A DNA stretch of 64,000 nucleotides, taken from the NCBI GenBank assembly GCA_023261845.1, contig JALNJZ010000003.1:64001-128000 (forward strand), written 5' to 3'. The notes under the pieces are model-generated. The model had not been told where the DNA came from and did no database searches. It saw nothing but the letters and a program-made list of their open reading frames with translations. The stretch is from Candidatus Terraquivivens tengchongensis (GTDB lineage: Archaea; Thermoproteota; Nitrososphaeria_A; Caldarchaeales; Wolframiiraptoraceae). This document shows, one piece after another, positions 38,787 through 48,871 of this stretch (its first letter is position 1; each line of letters begins with the position of its first letter). The translations under genes and the position numbers were made by a program.

Positions 38787-40601
38787 TTGTATTCTCAAGA
38801 CCTAAACATGAGCACTCTGCGCGTTAAAGAGCCGACAGCAGACAACCGAGGCGAGACCGTTTCTATCGACGTTAACGGCACGACCGTAAAGGGCCTTACG
38901 TCAGAATCCATAAGCGTAACGTTATACGCTAACGGTATAAAATTTTTTGATAGAAGTAAAAAGCTCTACAGACCCCGTGGATTCTTCAGTTTACATCCAC
39001 AAGCTAGAACGGTAATGATCAACGTAAACGGTATGCTTGCAACGAACCCATCTGAAATTTATCTAACGGAAGGACTTAAAGTTCATATCCAGCAAAAAAG
39101 ACCTTTATCAATGCATTTTTTTGAATCCATGATAGATACGAGTCTGCTCCATAAACCCATAGTGAAGAATAGGTTAATCTGGCCCTTGGCTCTCAGATTC
39201 ATCGCAAATAGTATCAACAACCCAGAGCCAGCTGAATATGAAACGCCGCATAGCATTCCAACAATCGTAGAAAAGGCTGATTTAGTGGTGGTTGGTGGAG
39301 GTGTAGCAGGACTTTCAGCAGCCATCGAGGCTAGAAAGTACGGTCTCGAAACTCTCCTAATAGATGATGTTGAGCTCGGTGGAGAGATGTTGTGTGATGA
39401 GCTGGAACCACCGGGAATGTCAGAACCTGGTTGCGTATTCGCGAGAAACCTGAGGAAAAAAGCACTTGAGCTTGGTGTTAGGGTTTTATCGAAAACCACA
39501 CTTGTTGGCTTCTTTGAGGATGCCGTACTGGCATTCTCACCTCATCCGCTCGGTAGTGGAACGCCTTACATAATATCTGCCAAGGCATACGTTGTTGCAA
39601 CGGGCGCTGTAGATTTACCGTGCATATTCGCTAACAACGACCTACCAGGAATAATAGACGCCTCATCCGCTCTAAGGATGTTAAGTATACGTGGTGTTGT
39701 CCCAGGAAAGAACGTCGCAGTATTGGGAGCAACAGAACGTGGGTTAAGGTTGGTAGAACATCTGAAAAAGTATGCGGTCAATACGATTGTGCTTGATAAG
39801 TCAAAGAACGGTGTCGGTAAAGGCGATATAGTACGTGGAGTAAAGGAAATTATTGCGATAGGAAAAGATAAGGTTGAAGCTCTTAAGATAAAACGTGATG
39901 GTGAGGAGCTTAAGCTGAACGTTGACTGCATAATTTGCGCAGCCTCCACGAACCCTGACATAAAGATTTCTGCACAAGCTGGTGCCAAAATAACCTACAT
40001 CAAAGAGCTTGGCTTTGTACCGATCCACGATCTTTTTATGAGGACCTTGAAGAGCAACCTTTTCGTGGCAGGGGGTGCCTCCGGCTCGCCTTACGGAATA
40101 CTTCATGTAATCGAGGGTAGGATTGCAGGACTATCTGCTGCTATTTCACTAAATAAAACCGATGCCGAAGCTGAACGGGATGCGCTCGTGAAAGAGTATA
40201 GGTCACTACTCCAGAAGTTCGGTATAAGCGACCCTAAAGAGAAGATGTTCAGATATTTCAAAACAAAAGTTGTCCCCGATGAGAAAATAACTGAGCCGCC
40301 CACTTTGTTCTGCTCAGGACCAAGAAGAAATGCATTCGTCTGTTTCTGCGAAGATATCAGGTTATGGGACTTGTACCGCTCCGTATCAGTCTATGGCTTC
40401 ACGTGTCTTGAGAAGGTGAAGCGTAGCACCGGAATCGGCACGGCTAGATGTCAAGGTAGGCTGTGTCTCGTCAACTCTGCATTGTACATAGCGTATATTA
40501 CGGGCTTAAGTCCTAATGTGGTCGGTATCGCTAGACAAAGACCGCTTGCTATATCAATACCAATCAACGTACTGGCCGCTATGGGGGTGAATAAAGCATG
40601 A
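38787..40601 (+). CDS. Sarcosine oxidase / proline dehydrogenase alpha-like subunit with C-terminal 2Fe-2S-like motif
   Basis: YRPRG, VVGGGVAGL, ATGA…NNDLPG and CFCED…GTARCQGRLC. Confidence 0.8.
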   Translation: MYSQDLNMSTLRVKEPTADNRGETVSIDVNGTTVKGLTSESISVTLYANGIKFFDRSKKLYRPRGFFSLHPQARTVMINVNGMLATNPSEIYLTEGLKVHIQQKRPLSMHFFESMIDTSLLHKPIVKNRLIWPLALRFIANSINNPEPAEYETPHSIPTIVEKADLVVVGGGVAGLSAAIEARKYGLETLLIDDVELGGEMLCDELEPPGMSEPGCVFARNLRKKALELGVRVLSKTTLVGFFEDAVLAFSPHPLGSGTPYIISAKAYVVATGAVDLPCIFANNDLPGIIDASSALRMLSIRGVVPGKNVAVLGATERGLRLVEHLKKYAVNTIVLDKSKNGVGKGDIVRGVKEIIAIGKDKVEALKIKRDGEELKLNVDCIICAASTNPDIKISAQAGAKITYIKELGFVPIHDLFMRTLKSNLFVAGGASGSPYGILHVIEGRIAGLSAAISLNKTDAEAERDALVKEYRSLLQKFGISDPKEKMFRYFKTKVVPDEKITEPPTLFCSGPRRNAFVCFCEDIRLWDLYRSVSVYGFTCLEKVKRSTGIGTARCQGRLCLVNSALYIAYITGLSPNVVGIARQRPLAISIPINVLAAMGVNKA

Positions 40602-41734
40602 GAATCGCGATAGTGGGCTCAGGTATCATGGGACTCTCCTCGGCATATAACTTAGCAAAGCTCGGAGCAAAAAACATAATCATCTTAGAAAAGGAGTACC
40701 TATCATACGGCTCAACAGTAAGATCCGCCAGCAGATTCAGGGTTCACTTCTGGACCGAGGAAAATTCTAGGTTTGCTCTGGAAGCGAAGAAAATTATGGT
40801 CAGTTTATCATCGATTACTGGTTGGAATGTGCTAGTGACAACAGGCGGTTATCTTTGGTTATTGTTTAGCGAGGAGCAGATTAAAGCATTCCGCGAGAAG
40901 AACAAAATGTGGGAGCGACTTGGGATAGCCGGAAAGTTTCTCTCACCGTCAGAAATTAAAGAAAGATATCCATACATACACACGGATGATGTCCTCGAGG
41001 GCTTCTTCGGTCCACAGAACGGAAGCTGCTTCCATAACTACGTGGCACTCGGTTACTATAAAGCAGCAGCCAGGCTTGGCGCTAAGCTCTTCGAGAGGTC
41101 GCCTGTCGAAAGGGTGCTTGTAGAAAATAACAAGGTCGTGGGGGTTGAGCTCCCCCAGGGTAAGGTAGAGGCCGACGTCGTTTTATTGACTGCTGGTGCT
41201 TGGACTGATGAGCTCTTGAAAGGCTTGGGTATTATGTTACCGACGGAGCCTGAAAGGAAGGAGATGGCCCTAACGGAATCCTACAAGTACTTTATTGAGC
41301 CTCTAATTATAGACTTAGGAACTTCAGCTTACATCGGCCAGGCACTCAAAGGCGAGATACTCGGAAGCATAGAAGTCCCGGTGAAGAGTGGTCTATTACC
41401 CTTGGAGAACACGCTCGACTTCTTAGTGAAGTGGGCGAGAGCCGTGTACAAGAGGTTTCCTGCGTTAAGAGGTGCTAGGGTCATGAGGTGCTGGAGCGGG
41501 TATTATTCCATGTCTGCAGATTCGAGCCATATAATGGGAAGGGACCCGGAGTGGCCGGAAGGGCTTTACGTGGCCTACGGCGATAGCGGTCATGGCTTTA
41601 TGATGGGGCCCCTTATCGGTAAGTTGCTGGCTAGGAACATATTGTACGGAGAAATCGATGAGCTTATGAGACCATTCTTACCTACCAGGTTCAAGGAAGG
41701 TAAGTTGATACCTGAAAAATTGGTCATAGGTTAG
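40598..41734 (+). CDS. FAD-dependent amine oxidase (sarcosine oxidase beta / dye-linked proline dehydrogenase beta)
   Basis: IVGSGIMG, GSTVRSA, WSGYY and SGHGFMMGP; coupled to the upstream alpha-like subunit. Confidence 0.85.
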   Translation: MRIAIVGSGIMGLSSAYNLAKLGAKNIIILEKEYLSYGSTVRSASRFRVHFWTEENSRFALEAKKIMVSLSSITGWNVLVTTGGYLWLLFSEEQIKAFREKNKMWERLGIAGKFLSPSEIKERYPYIHTDDVLEGFFGPQNGSCFHNYVALGYYKAAARLGAKLFERSPVERVLVENNKVVGVELPQGKVEADVVLLTAGAWTDELLKGLGIMLPTEPERKEMALTESYKYFIEPLIIDLGTSAYIGQALKGEILGSIEVPVKSGLLPLENTLDFLVKWARAVYKRFPALRGARVMRCWSGYYSMSADSSHIMGRDPEWPEGLYVAYGDSGHGFMMGPLIGKLLARNILYGEIDELMRPFLPTRFKEGKLIPEKLVIG

Positions 41735-43680
41735 AGCAGCGCATGGAGAGCCCTATAGAATAGCCCTCCGATGAACATTGCAAACGCGAGCTGGGAAATT
41801 GCAATGTAGCAAGCCGTCTTCCATCCAAATTCCTTCTTCAATATCATGAACGTAGAAGCACAAGGCACGTAATACATGGCTACGAATGCTAGCGTTATCA
41901 TCTGGATGGGCGTAAACAAGAGCTCAAAGTTTGTGGTTCCAAAAAGTATGGCCGGCATTATTATGATCATTTCTTTCCTTACTACGCCGAAAAGTAATGG
42001 AATGCCTGTATATGCTGGTAACCCTAGCCATTCCACAGTTAACGGGGCCATCAAACCTTCTACTGGTTGTAAAACGTTGAGTGAATACAACATCGCTAAT
42101 ATTCCACCCCCCAAGATGTAGATGGGAAACACGACGTACATTATCGACTTAATGTTGTTCCATGTTTGCGTCAAGACGGTCTTTAATGCAGGTAACCTTA
42201 ACGGTGGCACCTCCATTATGAGGCCCATAGATTCTCCTGGACAAACCTTGAAAGCCAGCTTGGCCATTCCTATGACGACTACCAAGTTTACCAACAGTAA
42301 CAGGTATGCCCACTCTATACCGACGAACGTTCCTACTAGTCCATATATCACGACAAGCCGTGCAGTGCAAGGAATGAACGTGACCGCGAACGCAGATATC
42401 AGGCGCTCCCTCGGGGTTTCCATTATTCTACATGCATAACATGCAGGAACGCTGCAGCCATAACCCATGATGAGCGGTATGATGGCTTTTCCATGAAGAC
42501 CTACCTTATGCATAACGTTATCTAGAAGGAACGCAACCCTTGGGAGGTATCCCACATCTTCTAATACCGAGAGGAGGAAATAGAATGGGATGACGAACGG
42601 AATTAGAAGGGTAACGCCAGCTATGAACCCACCAAAGAACCCTTCCCATAATATCTCGCCTGTTACTGAGATTATTGAAGGTTTAATTGTATCAAACGCC
42701 TCCGAGAGTATTGTAGAAAGATAATCGCCAAAGGTGAATATAGCATAAAAAGATGAGAAGAAGACGGCTACCATTATTAAATATCCTAGTATTTTATGCG
42801 TAAGTAGTTGGTCAATCTTTTCTATTAATCCGATTTTATAGGGCGCTAAAACTTTCTGAGCTTCTTTAATGATTTTACCTATGATCGCGTACCTTTCAGA
42901 GGCTATAACGATCGGGGCTGGAATGCCTCTTATCTCCTCGATCTCTTTCGCAAGCTTCTCAGCCGTCTCAACAACCTTTTTGCTAACTCTTCTTTTAATG
43001 TCCTCGTCTCCTTCAAGTAGCTTTACAGCAACAAAACGGATCGGATAATATATGCTTTCATCCTTAAGAAGTTCCATCAACTTTTTTATCCTTTCTTCAA
43101 CATCCTTGCTATACGTAACATTCATGGGCCTTAACTTTATCTTATGTTCTGCTAGGTTGATGGCTTGTCGAATTAATTCGTAGATACCTATGCCTTTACT
43201 CGCAACTGTAGGAACGACGGGTACTCCGAGCAATTCGCTCAGCTTTTTATCGTCCACACTTAATCCTTTATCTTCGGCCAAGTCAACCATGTTCAGGGCG
43301 ATAATAATCGGCGCCTGCAACTCCAGGAGTTGGAGCGTAAAATACAGATTCCTCTCCAACACAGAGGCATCCACGACGTTTATTACAACATCCGGTCTAT
43401 CGAATACTATGTACTCGCGGGATATGAGCTCCTCTATCGAGAAGGTTGATAAAGAGTATATGCCGGGTAGGTCTATAATATCTATCGCATAACCGTCAAC
43501 TACTAAGCTCCCCTCGCGCCTCTCGACAGTCTTGCCGGGCCAATTACCCACGTGTTGATGCAACCCTGTCAGCTGATTAAACAACGTGCTCTTACCAACG
43601 TTCGCATTACCGGCCAATGCCATGACAAAGCTTACTTTGTCATCCTTTTTGGTGCTTGACGGCTTATGGCAAGCACTCAT
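41731..43680 (-). CDS. feoB: Ferrous iron transporter FeoB
   Basis: GNANVGKS, VGNWPGKTVE, DLPG, NMVD, GYGCSVPA, PCTAR and YVPCAS. Confidence 0.96.
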   Translation of the reverse strand: MSACHKPSSTKKDDKVSFVMALAGNANVGKSTLFNQLTGLHQHVGNWPGKTVERREGSLVVDGYAIDIIDLPGIYSLSTFSIEELISREYIVFDRPDVVINVVDASVLERNLYFTLQLLELQAPIIIALNMVDLAEDKGLSVDDKKLSELLGVPVVPTVASKGIGIYELIRQAINLAEHKIKLRPMNVTYSKDVEERIKKLMELLKDESIYYPIRFVAVKLLEGDEDIKRRVSKKVVETAEKLAKEIEEIRGIPAPIVIASERYAIIGKIIKEAQKVLAPYKIGLIEKIDQLLTHKILGYLIMVAVFFSSFYAIFTFGDYLSTILSEAFDTIKPSIISVTGEILWEGFFGGFIAGVTLLIPFVIPFYFLLSVLEDVGYLPRVAFLLDNVMHKVGLHGKAIIPLIMGYGCSVPACYACRIMETPRERLISAFAVTFIPCTARLVVIYGLVGTFVGIEWAYLLLLVNLVVVIGMAKLAFKVCPGESMGLIMEVPPLRLPALKTVLTQTWNNIKSIMYVVFPIYILGGGILAMLYSLNVLQPVEGLMAPLTVEWLGLPAYTGIPLLFGVVRKEMIIIMPAILFGTTNFELLFTPIQMITLAFVAMYYVPCASTFMILKKEFGWKTACYIAISQLAFAMFIGGLFYRALHALL

Positions 43681-43988
43681 TCTTCATCACTTTCTACACG
43701 CACCAACACTCCTTTGGCAATGTCCTTTCCAATGACCAGCTTACTCCCTCTTACGAGGATTTCAACAGGTCCGCCAAAAGGTATGGAGTTTATGACTTCT
43801 ATGACAGTGTCTGGTACTATACCCAGCTCCGAAAGCCTACGGATGACCTTTTCATCCCCTTCTAGAAGAACCACCACACCTTTCTGACCGTTTTTAAGCT
43901 CTAGCAAGGAAACTAAATCCCCAAACCGCTGACGGTATCTGTGCCTATGCCTATAAGGTCCGCTATGTTCAGCGCCGTTATTTTTCAT
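43677..43988 (-). CDS. feoA: FeoA with His/Arg-rich N-terminal extension
   Basis: RRLSELGIVP, PFGGP and VRGSKLVIG. Confidence 0.92.
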   Translation of the reverse strand: MKNNGAEHSGPYRHRHRYRQRFGDLVSLLELKNGQKGVVVLLEGDEKVIRRLSELGIVPDTVIEVINSIPFGGPVEILVRGSKLVIGKDIAKGVLVRVESDEE

Positions 43989-44001
43989 AATTTAGCTTAA
44001 A

Positions 44002-44019
44002 AGTTAGGCTAGCCTAACT
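44002..44019. promoter_or_regulatory. DtxR/IdeR-type operator palindrome AGTTAGGCTAGCCTAACT upstream of feoAB
   Basis: Perfect 18-bp palindrome with TTAGG…CCTAA core, between a TTTAAATA box (~44022-44029, minus strand) and the feoA start. Confidence 0.75.
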
Positions 44020-44036
44020 ACTATTTAAATATATTG

Positions 44037-45347
44037 TTAATCTGAAGATCTTAGCTCAAACTTTGCGCCTAGGCTGGCAAGGTCTTCAAGAAAATTCGGG
44101 TAAGATACGCTCGCGGATTCTGCTCCTATTACTGTGCACCCTTCCTCCAGAATAAGTCCTAAGAGACAATAGGCCATGAAGAGCCTATGGTCACCTCTTG
44201 GGTCGAGTACGGCATGTTTAACCAGTTTGCCCTGCGTTATGCTTAACCCATCCGTCGACTCTCTTACGTTCATTCCGATCTTAGAAAGAGTATGGGCAAG
44301 GGCGCTGACCCTATCGCTTTCCTTAACCCTTGCATGCTCTACGCCAGTTATCTCGAGCGTCCCTTCACACTTAGTAGCTAAGACTGCTAGGACTGGCAAA
44401 AGATCTGGAGAATCGGATAGGTTAAAGCTACCACCTCTAAGCTTTCCACTTCCACTAACCATTACACGTCCAGAGCCGTAATCCAATTTAACATTAGCCC
44501 CCATCTTGATAAGTATATCAACTATAGCAGCATCAGCTTGCGGTAAATCTTGACTAAGCCCCTCAACTGTAACTGAACCGTCTGTCATGAGCGCCGCGAC
44601 CATCATGAAGGAGGCGAGTCCAAAATCCCCCGGCACTGTGAAACGTGCGGGCTTAAAATTCTGTTGTGAAGGAATGTGAAAGACTTTATACCCTTCTCTT
44701 TTTATACGAATGCCGAACTGCTCCAGTACGTTTATGGTTGAGTCAACATAAGGCCTCGAGACAAGGTCTCCTTGTATTATGAGCGTCGTATCGTTTAGGG
44801 CCTTTGGTGATGAGAAGAGTATAGACGATACGAACTGGGATGATATGCTGCCAGTCATCCAAGCATTGCCGCCCTTTAACCCGCTACCTTTAACAATTAT
44901 GGGTGCACAACCGTTGAGTCTCGTAGACCAGCACTCCCCTCCGAGCATGTTAAGGGCATCGAGTAGCGGTTGCATCGGTCTTCTCCTTATGCTCTCATCA
45001 CCTGTGAGGACTACGTACCCATCTTTGACTAAGCAGCTCACACCAGTCATTATCCTTAACGTAGTTCCAGAATTCTGAACGTTCACAACATCATCCGGTA
45101 CCTTAGGTGTTGAGAAACCACTGATGATGAGCCCGTCCCCCTCTTCAATTATGGATGCACCGAATTTCTTACACGCGTTAATCGTAGCGATTACATCATT
45201 GGATTTTGAAACGTTTTTTACGACACACTCACCATCGGTCATAGAGGCTGCTATTATCGCCCTATGGCTGTAGCTTTTGCTGGGAGGTGCCCGTACTCTA
45301 CCCGATATTACCGACGGTCTAATTAAGACCTGCAACGGAATCACCAA
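44037..45347 (-). CDS. aroA: EPSP synthase (3-phosphoshikimate 1-carboxyvinyltransferase)
   Basis: PPSKSYSHR, NSGTTLR, RRPM, SSQF, KESDR and DHR. Confidence 0.96.
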   Translation of the reverse strand: MVIPLQVLIRPSVISGRVRAPPSKSYSHRAIIAASMTDGECVVKNVSKSNDVIATINACKKFGASIIEEGDGLIISGFSTPKVPDDVVNVQNSGTTLRIMTGVSCLVKDGYVVLTGDESIRRRPMQPLLDALNMLGGECWSTRLNGCAPIIVKGSGLKGGNAWMTGSISSQFVSSILFSSPKALNDTTLIIQGDLVSRPYVDSTINVLEQFGIRIKREGYKVFHIPSQQNFKPARFTVPGDFGLASFMMVAALMTDGSVTVEGLSQDLPQADAAIVDILIKMGANVKLDYGSGRVMVSGSGKLRGGSFNLSDSPDLLPVLAVLATKCEGTLEITGVEHARVKESDRVSALAHTLSKIGMNVRESTDGLSITQGKLVKHAVLDPRGDHRLFMAYCLLGLILEEGCTVIGAESASVSYPNFLEDLASLGAKFELRSSD

Positions 45348-46197
45348 CCCATGAATAGGCTTTCTTATTATTCGGTTTGGCTATTATAAGTTCGCACCCT
45401 TTTTCACTTAACATATTAGCAACATCGCTTACCACATCTTTTTTACATACAGCGGCGATGGCAGGTCCAGTGCCGGATAGGCCGGCAGCTAAGGCTCCTG
45501 CTCTTATGGCATCCAAAGTCTTCTTCATGCTGTAGTTTAACGCTGCCGCATGAAGAATGCCGTTAAGTGTTAGGGCTCTCCAATATTCCCCGTTCATGGA
45601 CATCTTATACGCCTCCTCAACAAAGGATGCGATAGGCTTGAGTGCATTTTTATCGAAAAACTTAGTATAGCTTTTCAATTCTGGGACGAGCAAAACGACG
45701 ACAAGGTCCTCTGGAGCTTCAACCCTCCTCATAAGCTGCCTCTTCAAGTTATCTGTGACGACTATACCGCCATAATAGCTAGCACATGCATCATCGTACG
45801 CGCCAGTTATAGTAACACCAGCTTCGATTGCGGCATCTACTGCTATGTTTAATATCTCAGCATCACTCAAGTTTAAGCCCGCAGCCCTTGCCGTAGCCAG
45901 AACTATGGCATTTGCGGCTGCGCTGGAACTCTTCAGTCCTCTACCGATAGGTATATTCGATCTTATTTCGACATAAGCCCCACAATCCATCTGTGCTAGC
46001 TTCAAGATCTTTCTTACCGCCGCCTTTGCAAGTGTTGTATCCTCGTCTGGGTTTTCCTTTATCACCACGTCTATATCTCTGCCACCTATCTCCACCGTAG
46101 CCTCTGTGTAAAGGTCGATGCCCATTGCCGCTCCCTTACCGATTGATATAGCGTTAACGATCGTTATGGCACCGTGCGCCCTAGCAGTCGCCTTCAT
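45319..46197 (-). CDS. aroK: Archaeal (GHMP-family) shikimate kinase
   Basis: AITIVNAI, GLKSSSA, TGAYDD and GLSGTGP. Start at MKATA (46197) overlaps the aroE stop; the ORF track over-extends. Confidence 0.93.
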   Translation of the reverse strand: MKATARAHGAITIVNAISIGKGAAMGIDLYTEATVEIGGRDIDVVIKENPDEDTTLAKAAVRKILKLAQMDCGAYVEIRSNIPIGRGLKSSSAAANAIVLATARAAGLNLSDAEILNIAVDAAIEAGVTITGAYDDACASYYGGIVVTDNLKRQLMRRVEAPEDLVVVLLVPELKSYTKFFDKNALKPIASFVEEAYKMSMNGEYWRALTLNGILHAAALNYSMKKTLDAIRAGALAAGLSGTGPAIAAVCKKDVVSDVANMLSEKGCELIIAKPNNKKAYSWVGDSVAGLN

Positions 46198-47066
46198 ACA
46201 AAACGACCTATTGTCTTGATGGCAACACTCTTCATAACCTCTATCGGCGGCTCTAAAGACGTCCACAGCTTAAAGGACTCTGCAGCCTGAAAGACCAGCA
46301 TGTCAAGCCCGGAGACACATGTAGCGCCCGCAAGCTTCGCCTCTTTCAGAAGCATAGTTTCGGGAGGATTGTATACCATATCCATCACGATAGAGCCGCT
46401 CGGTATCTGCTCCTTCCTAAGTAGCGAGTGCTCAATATTCGGCCACATGCCAACTGGTGTCGCGTTGATTATAACACTGCAAGCTTTAGCAATTGCGGGT
46501 AATTCGTTGATAGAAAGTCCCATACCTTTTGCAGAAATTTTAATTCTTCTTTTAAGGAAGTTCGCAAGTCTACGGGCCCTTGAAGGTGTACGACTAACAA
46601 ATGTTATGCGATTACAACCAAGCCTGGCCAACGCTAGCGCAGCGGCAGAAGCGCCTCCGCCTGCACCAAGGATTAACGCTTCATGACCGCTTATTGCATC
46701 TTTGTACGGCATGAGAGCATTCATTACGCCTGAAACGTCTGTGTTGTATCCAACCATTCTATCCTTCTCGATCACGACGGTATTCACCGTCTTTATGATT
46801 TTAGCATCATCTGCAAGTTTATCCAAAAACCTCACGACCCTCTGTTTGTATGGTATCGTTACGTTAAAACCTGCCGCTCCTAGAGCCTTAAGGCCTCTGA
46901 TCGCGTGTCCAAGTTCTTTTTCTTTTACATCAAATGCGATGTAGAAGTAATCAACGTTCATGTGATTAAAAGCAGCGTTGTGAATAGCTGGTGATATCGA
47001 ATGCTTCACCGGTTGCCCGATGAGACCTACAAGTCTTTTGTTACCAGAGCGTGTTTGTGCTGACAT
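46194..47066 (-). CDS. aroE: Shikimate dehydrogenase
   Basis: HSISP, NVTIPYK, NTD, GAGG, NATPVG and DMVYNP. Confidence 0.96.
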   Translation of the reverse strand: MSAQTRSGNKRLVGLIGQPVKHSISPAIHNAAFNHMNVDYFYIAFDVKEKELGHAIRGLKALGAAGFNVTIPYKQRVVRFLDKLADDAKIIKTVNTVVIEKDRMVGYNTDVSGVMNALMPYKDAISGHEALILGAGGGASAAALALARLGCNRITFVSRTPSRARRLANFLKRRIKISAKGMGLSINELPAIAKACSVIINATPVGMWPNIEHSLLRKEQIPSGSIVMDMVYNPPETMLLKEAKLAGATCVSGLDMLVFQAAESFKLWTSLEPPIEVMKSVAIKTIGRFV

Positions 47067-47072
47067 CTTAGA

Positions 47073-47774
47073 TCACTTTCCACAGCAGCTCGATGAAAGC
47101 ATACGGATTATTTCCTTCGCCTCAGTGATACTGAGTTGGCCGGGCGCCGTAGGTGCTCCGGGTAACGAGACGTACATGAAGGGCGCACCCAACATTACTG
47201 AGAGAAAACGCGACAAGATTCCTTCTACTCCCATGCAAAAGGCGATGAGCCTATGCTTATCATATGTATGATATAATGAGAGAATCCTGAGGTTATCGCT
47301 GAAGGACCTCGCCATGGTTACTACTTTTGTTATACTTCCAGATTTCATGGCTAAGTCGACTATCCTTCGTAGCTCATCGCTTTCCGGTGTCTTTTCAAAG
47401 TCGTGCCATGAAACTATCAAGGCCGTGCCCGTACCCATCAACTCTTTCGATAAATCTTGAAAAATGGGGGAACGAAGCTCTATGTCAACGTACGCCGGAC
47501 CTTCCCTACTCAGTCGCTTTAAAATCTTTACCCTTTCTTCTTCGTTACCCTCAAACAGTCCGTTCTCATAGCTCGGTCTGAGCGTCAACACCAATTTACC
47601 CATATAGGGTCTTAATGTCGAGCTTACAACGTTAACGTCCAACTCCTTCAAGTAATCAAGTCTAACCTCTACGATATCTGCACCGCTGTTTATTGCTTTA
47701 ACCACCGCATCTTTCAAGGATTGTATATCTCTCCCAAACGTCGATACGCATAGTTTGAACCGTTCCGTACTCAT
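47073..47774 (-). CDS. aroD: Type I 3-dehydroquinate dehydratase
   Basis: EVRLD, TLR, DIEL, SWHDF, FCMG, SR and TAPGQ. Confidence 0.94.
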   Translation of the reverse strand: MSTERFKLCVSTFGRDIQSLKDAVVKAINSGADIVEVRLDYLKELDVNVVSSTLRPYMGKLVLTLRPSYENGLFEGNEEERVKILKRLSREGPAYVDIELRSPIFQDLSKELMGTGTALIVSWHDFEKTPESDELRRIVDLAMKSGSITKVVTMARSFSDNLRILSLYHTYDKHRLIAFCMGVEGILSRFLSVMLGAPFMYVSLPGAPTAPGQLSITEAKEIIRMLSSSCCGK

Positions 47775-47812
47775 GAATATTACTTCACCAGTTCTTATGG
47801 TTAATCGGCATT

Positions 47813-48871
47813 TTACCTCTCTACTATGAATTCGTCAACTGACACCCCAAAATGTCTGGCCTTCTCTTTACTTATGTGCGCCAATACTTTATCGCCCGGC
47901 TTAACCTCGGTTACCGAGATGGGCTTGCCATCTGGCCCTACGAGCCTTATGGTCTCAGCATTTTGCAAGATAACTGTCCCTTCTTCACCGTCAGCCTCTG
48001 CCTTGATGAGTCTCAGCGGCCTCCTTTCTATCTTCACCCTACCGACTGTTGTTGGTCTTGCTGAGCCTTGTGTATTAACCACTAAAACTCTGTCACCTGC
48101 CCTTATCTCCGACAAATACTTAGTTCCACCAGTAGGGGTTAGAATGTAACTATGTATCGCACCCGCGTTTACTCTGAAGGGTCTTGGCTCCGTGAACGAT
48201 GAACCTAAAGATTCGCTATGGATGAGAAACAGAAACCCTGCCTTACTTCCGACGAGCATCCCCTCCCCTATCGATAAAATAGAGACCGTATCAATACATG
48301 CCCTATCTCCTATCCCAACATCCTTAACATCCGTAATTTCGACTGGAGATAACTGAACCCTTGTGATGTAGCTGATCACTTCGAAGATTCTACCAACCTC
48401 CTCTTTGTTCCTTGGCTTGAATAAGACGGCGTCAACGCCCCTCTCTAGTATACCGTACATAATCTCAACCTCTTCTGGACTACTAACCTTCGCAATGAGC
48501 TTCGTCGATGTTTTTTGCAGATACGCGATTATGTTCTCTAGTGGGATTATTTTCCAGTCCTTTGTGTCAACTATCAAGGCTTCAGCACCAAGCTTAGCCG
48601 CGGAGACTAACTTCTCTACGTCGCCATAGTTTAGCACGACGGCATGTACCGCAAACCTCTTCGCTTGCGGCACATCTTTACCAATAGGTACAACAAGAAC
48701 GTCGCCGGCTGGCGAGTCTGAGTATATCGTAAGCCTTTGCCTAAACTCTAGTGGAACGTTAGCAGGGTCGCAGTAGTATGTGGTGATCCCTTTTGATAGG
48801 GCTTCCCTAAAGATTTCGTCGTTCCAGTCTCTTAAATCTATGCAGATCTCTTTTTTACTTAGCGGAAGCGT
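47813..48871 (-). CDS. aroB': 3-dehydroquinate synthase II (AroB')
   Basis: WKIIPLEN, GDRACID, RPFRVNAG, QNAETI and ARHFG. The frame stays open 66 codons upstream of the ORF-track start (48673), to an ACG at 48871 that sits 7 nt after GGAGGTG. Confidence 0.9.
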   Translation of the reverse strand, partial: TLPLSKKEICIDLRDWNDEIFREALSKGITTYYCDPANVPLEFRQRLTIYSDSPAGDVLVVPIGKDVPQAKRFAVHAVVLNYGDVEKLVSAAKLGAEALIVDTKDWKIIPLENIIAYLQKTSTKLIAKVSSPEEVEIMYGILERGVDAVLFKPRNKEEVGRIFEVISYITRVQLSPVEITDVKDVGIGDRACIDTVSILSIGEGMLVGSKAGFLFLIHSESLGSSFTEPRPFRVNAGAIHSYILTPTGGTKYLSEIRAGDRVLVVNTQGSARPTTVGRVKIERRPLRLIKAEADGEEGTVILQNAETIRLVGPDGKPISVTEVKPGDKVLAHISKEKARHFGVSVDEFIVER

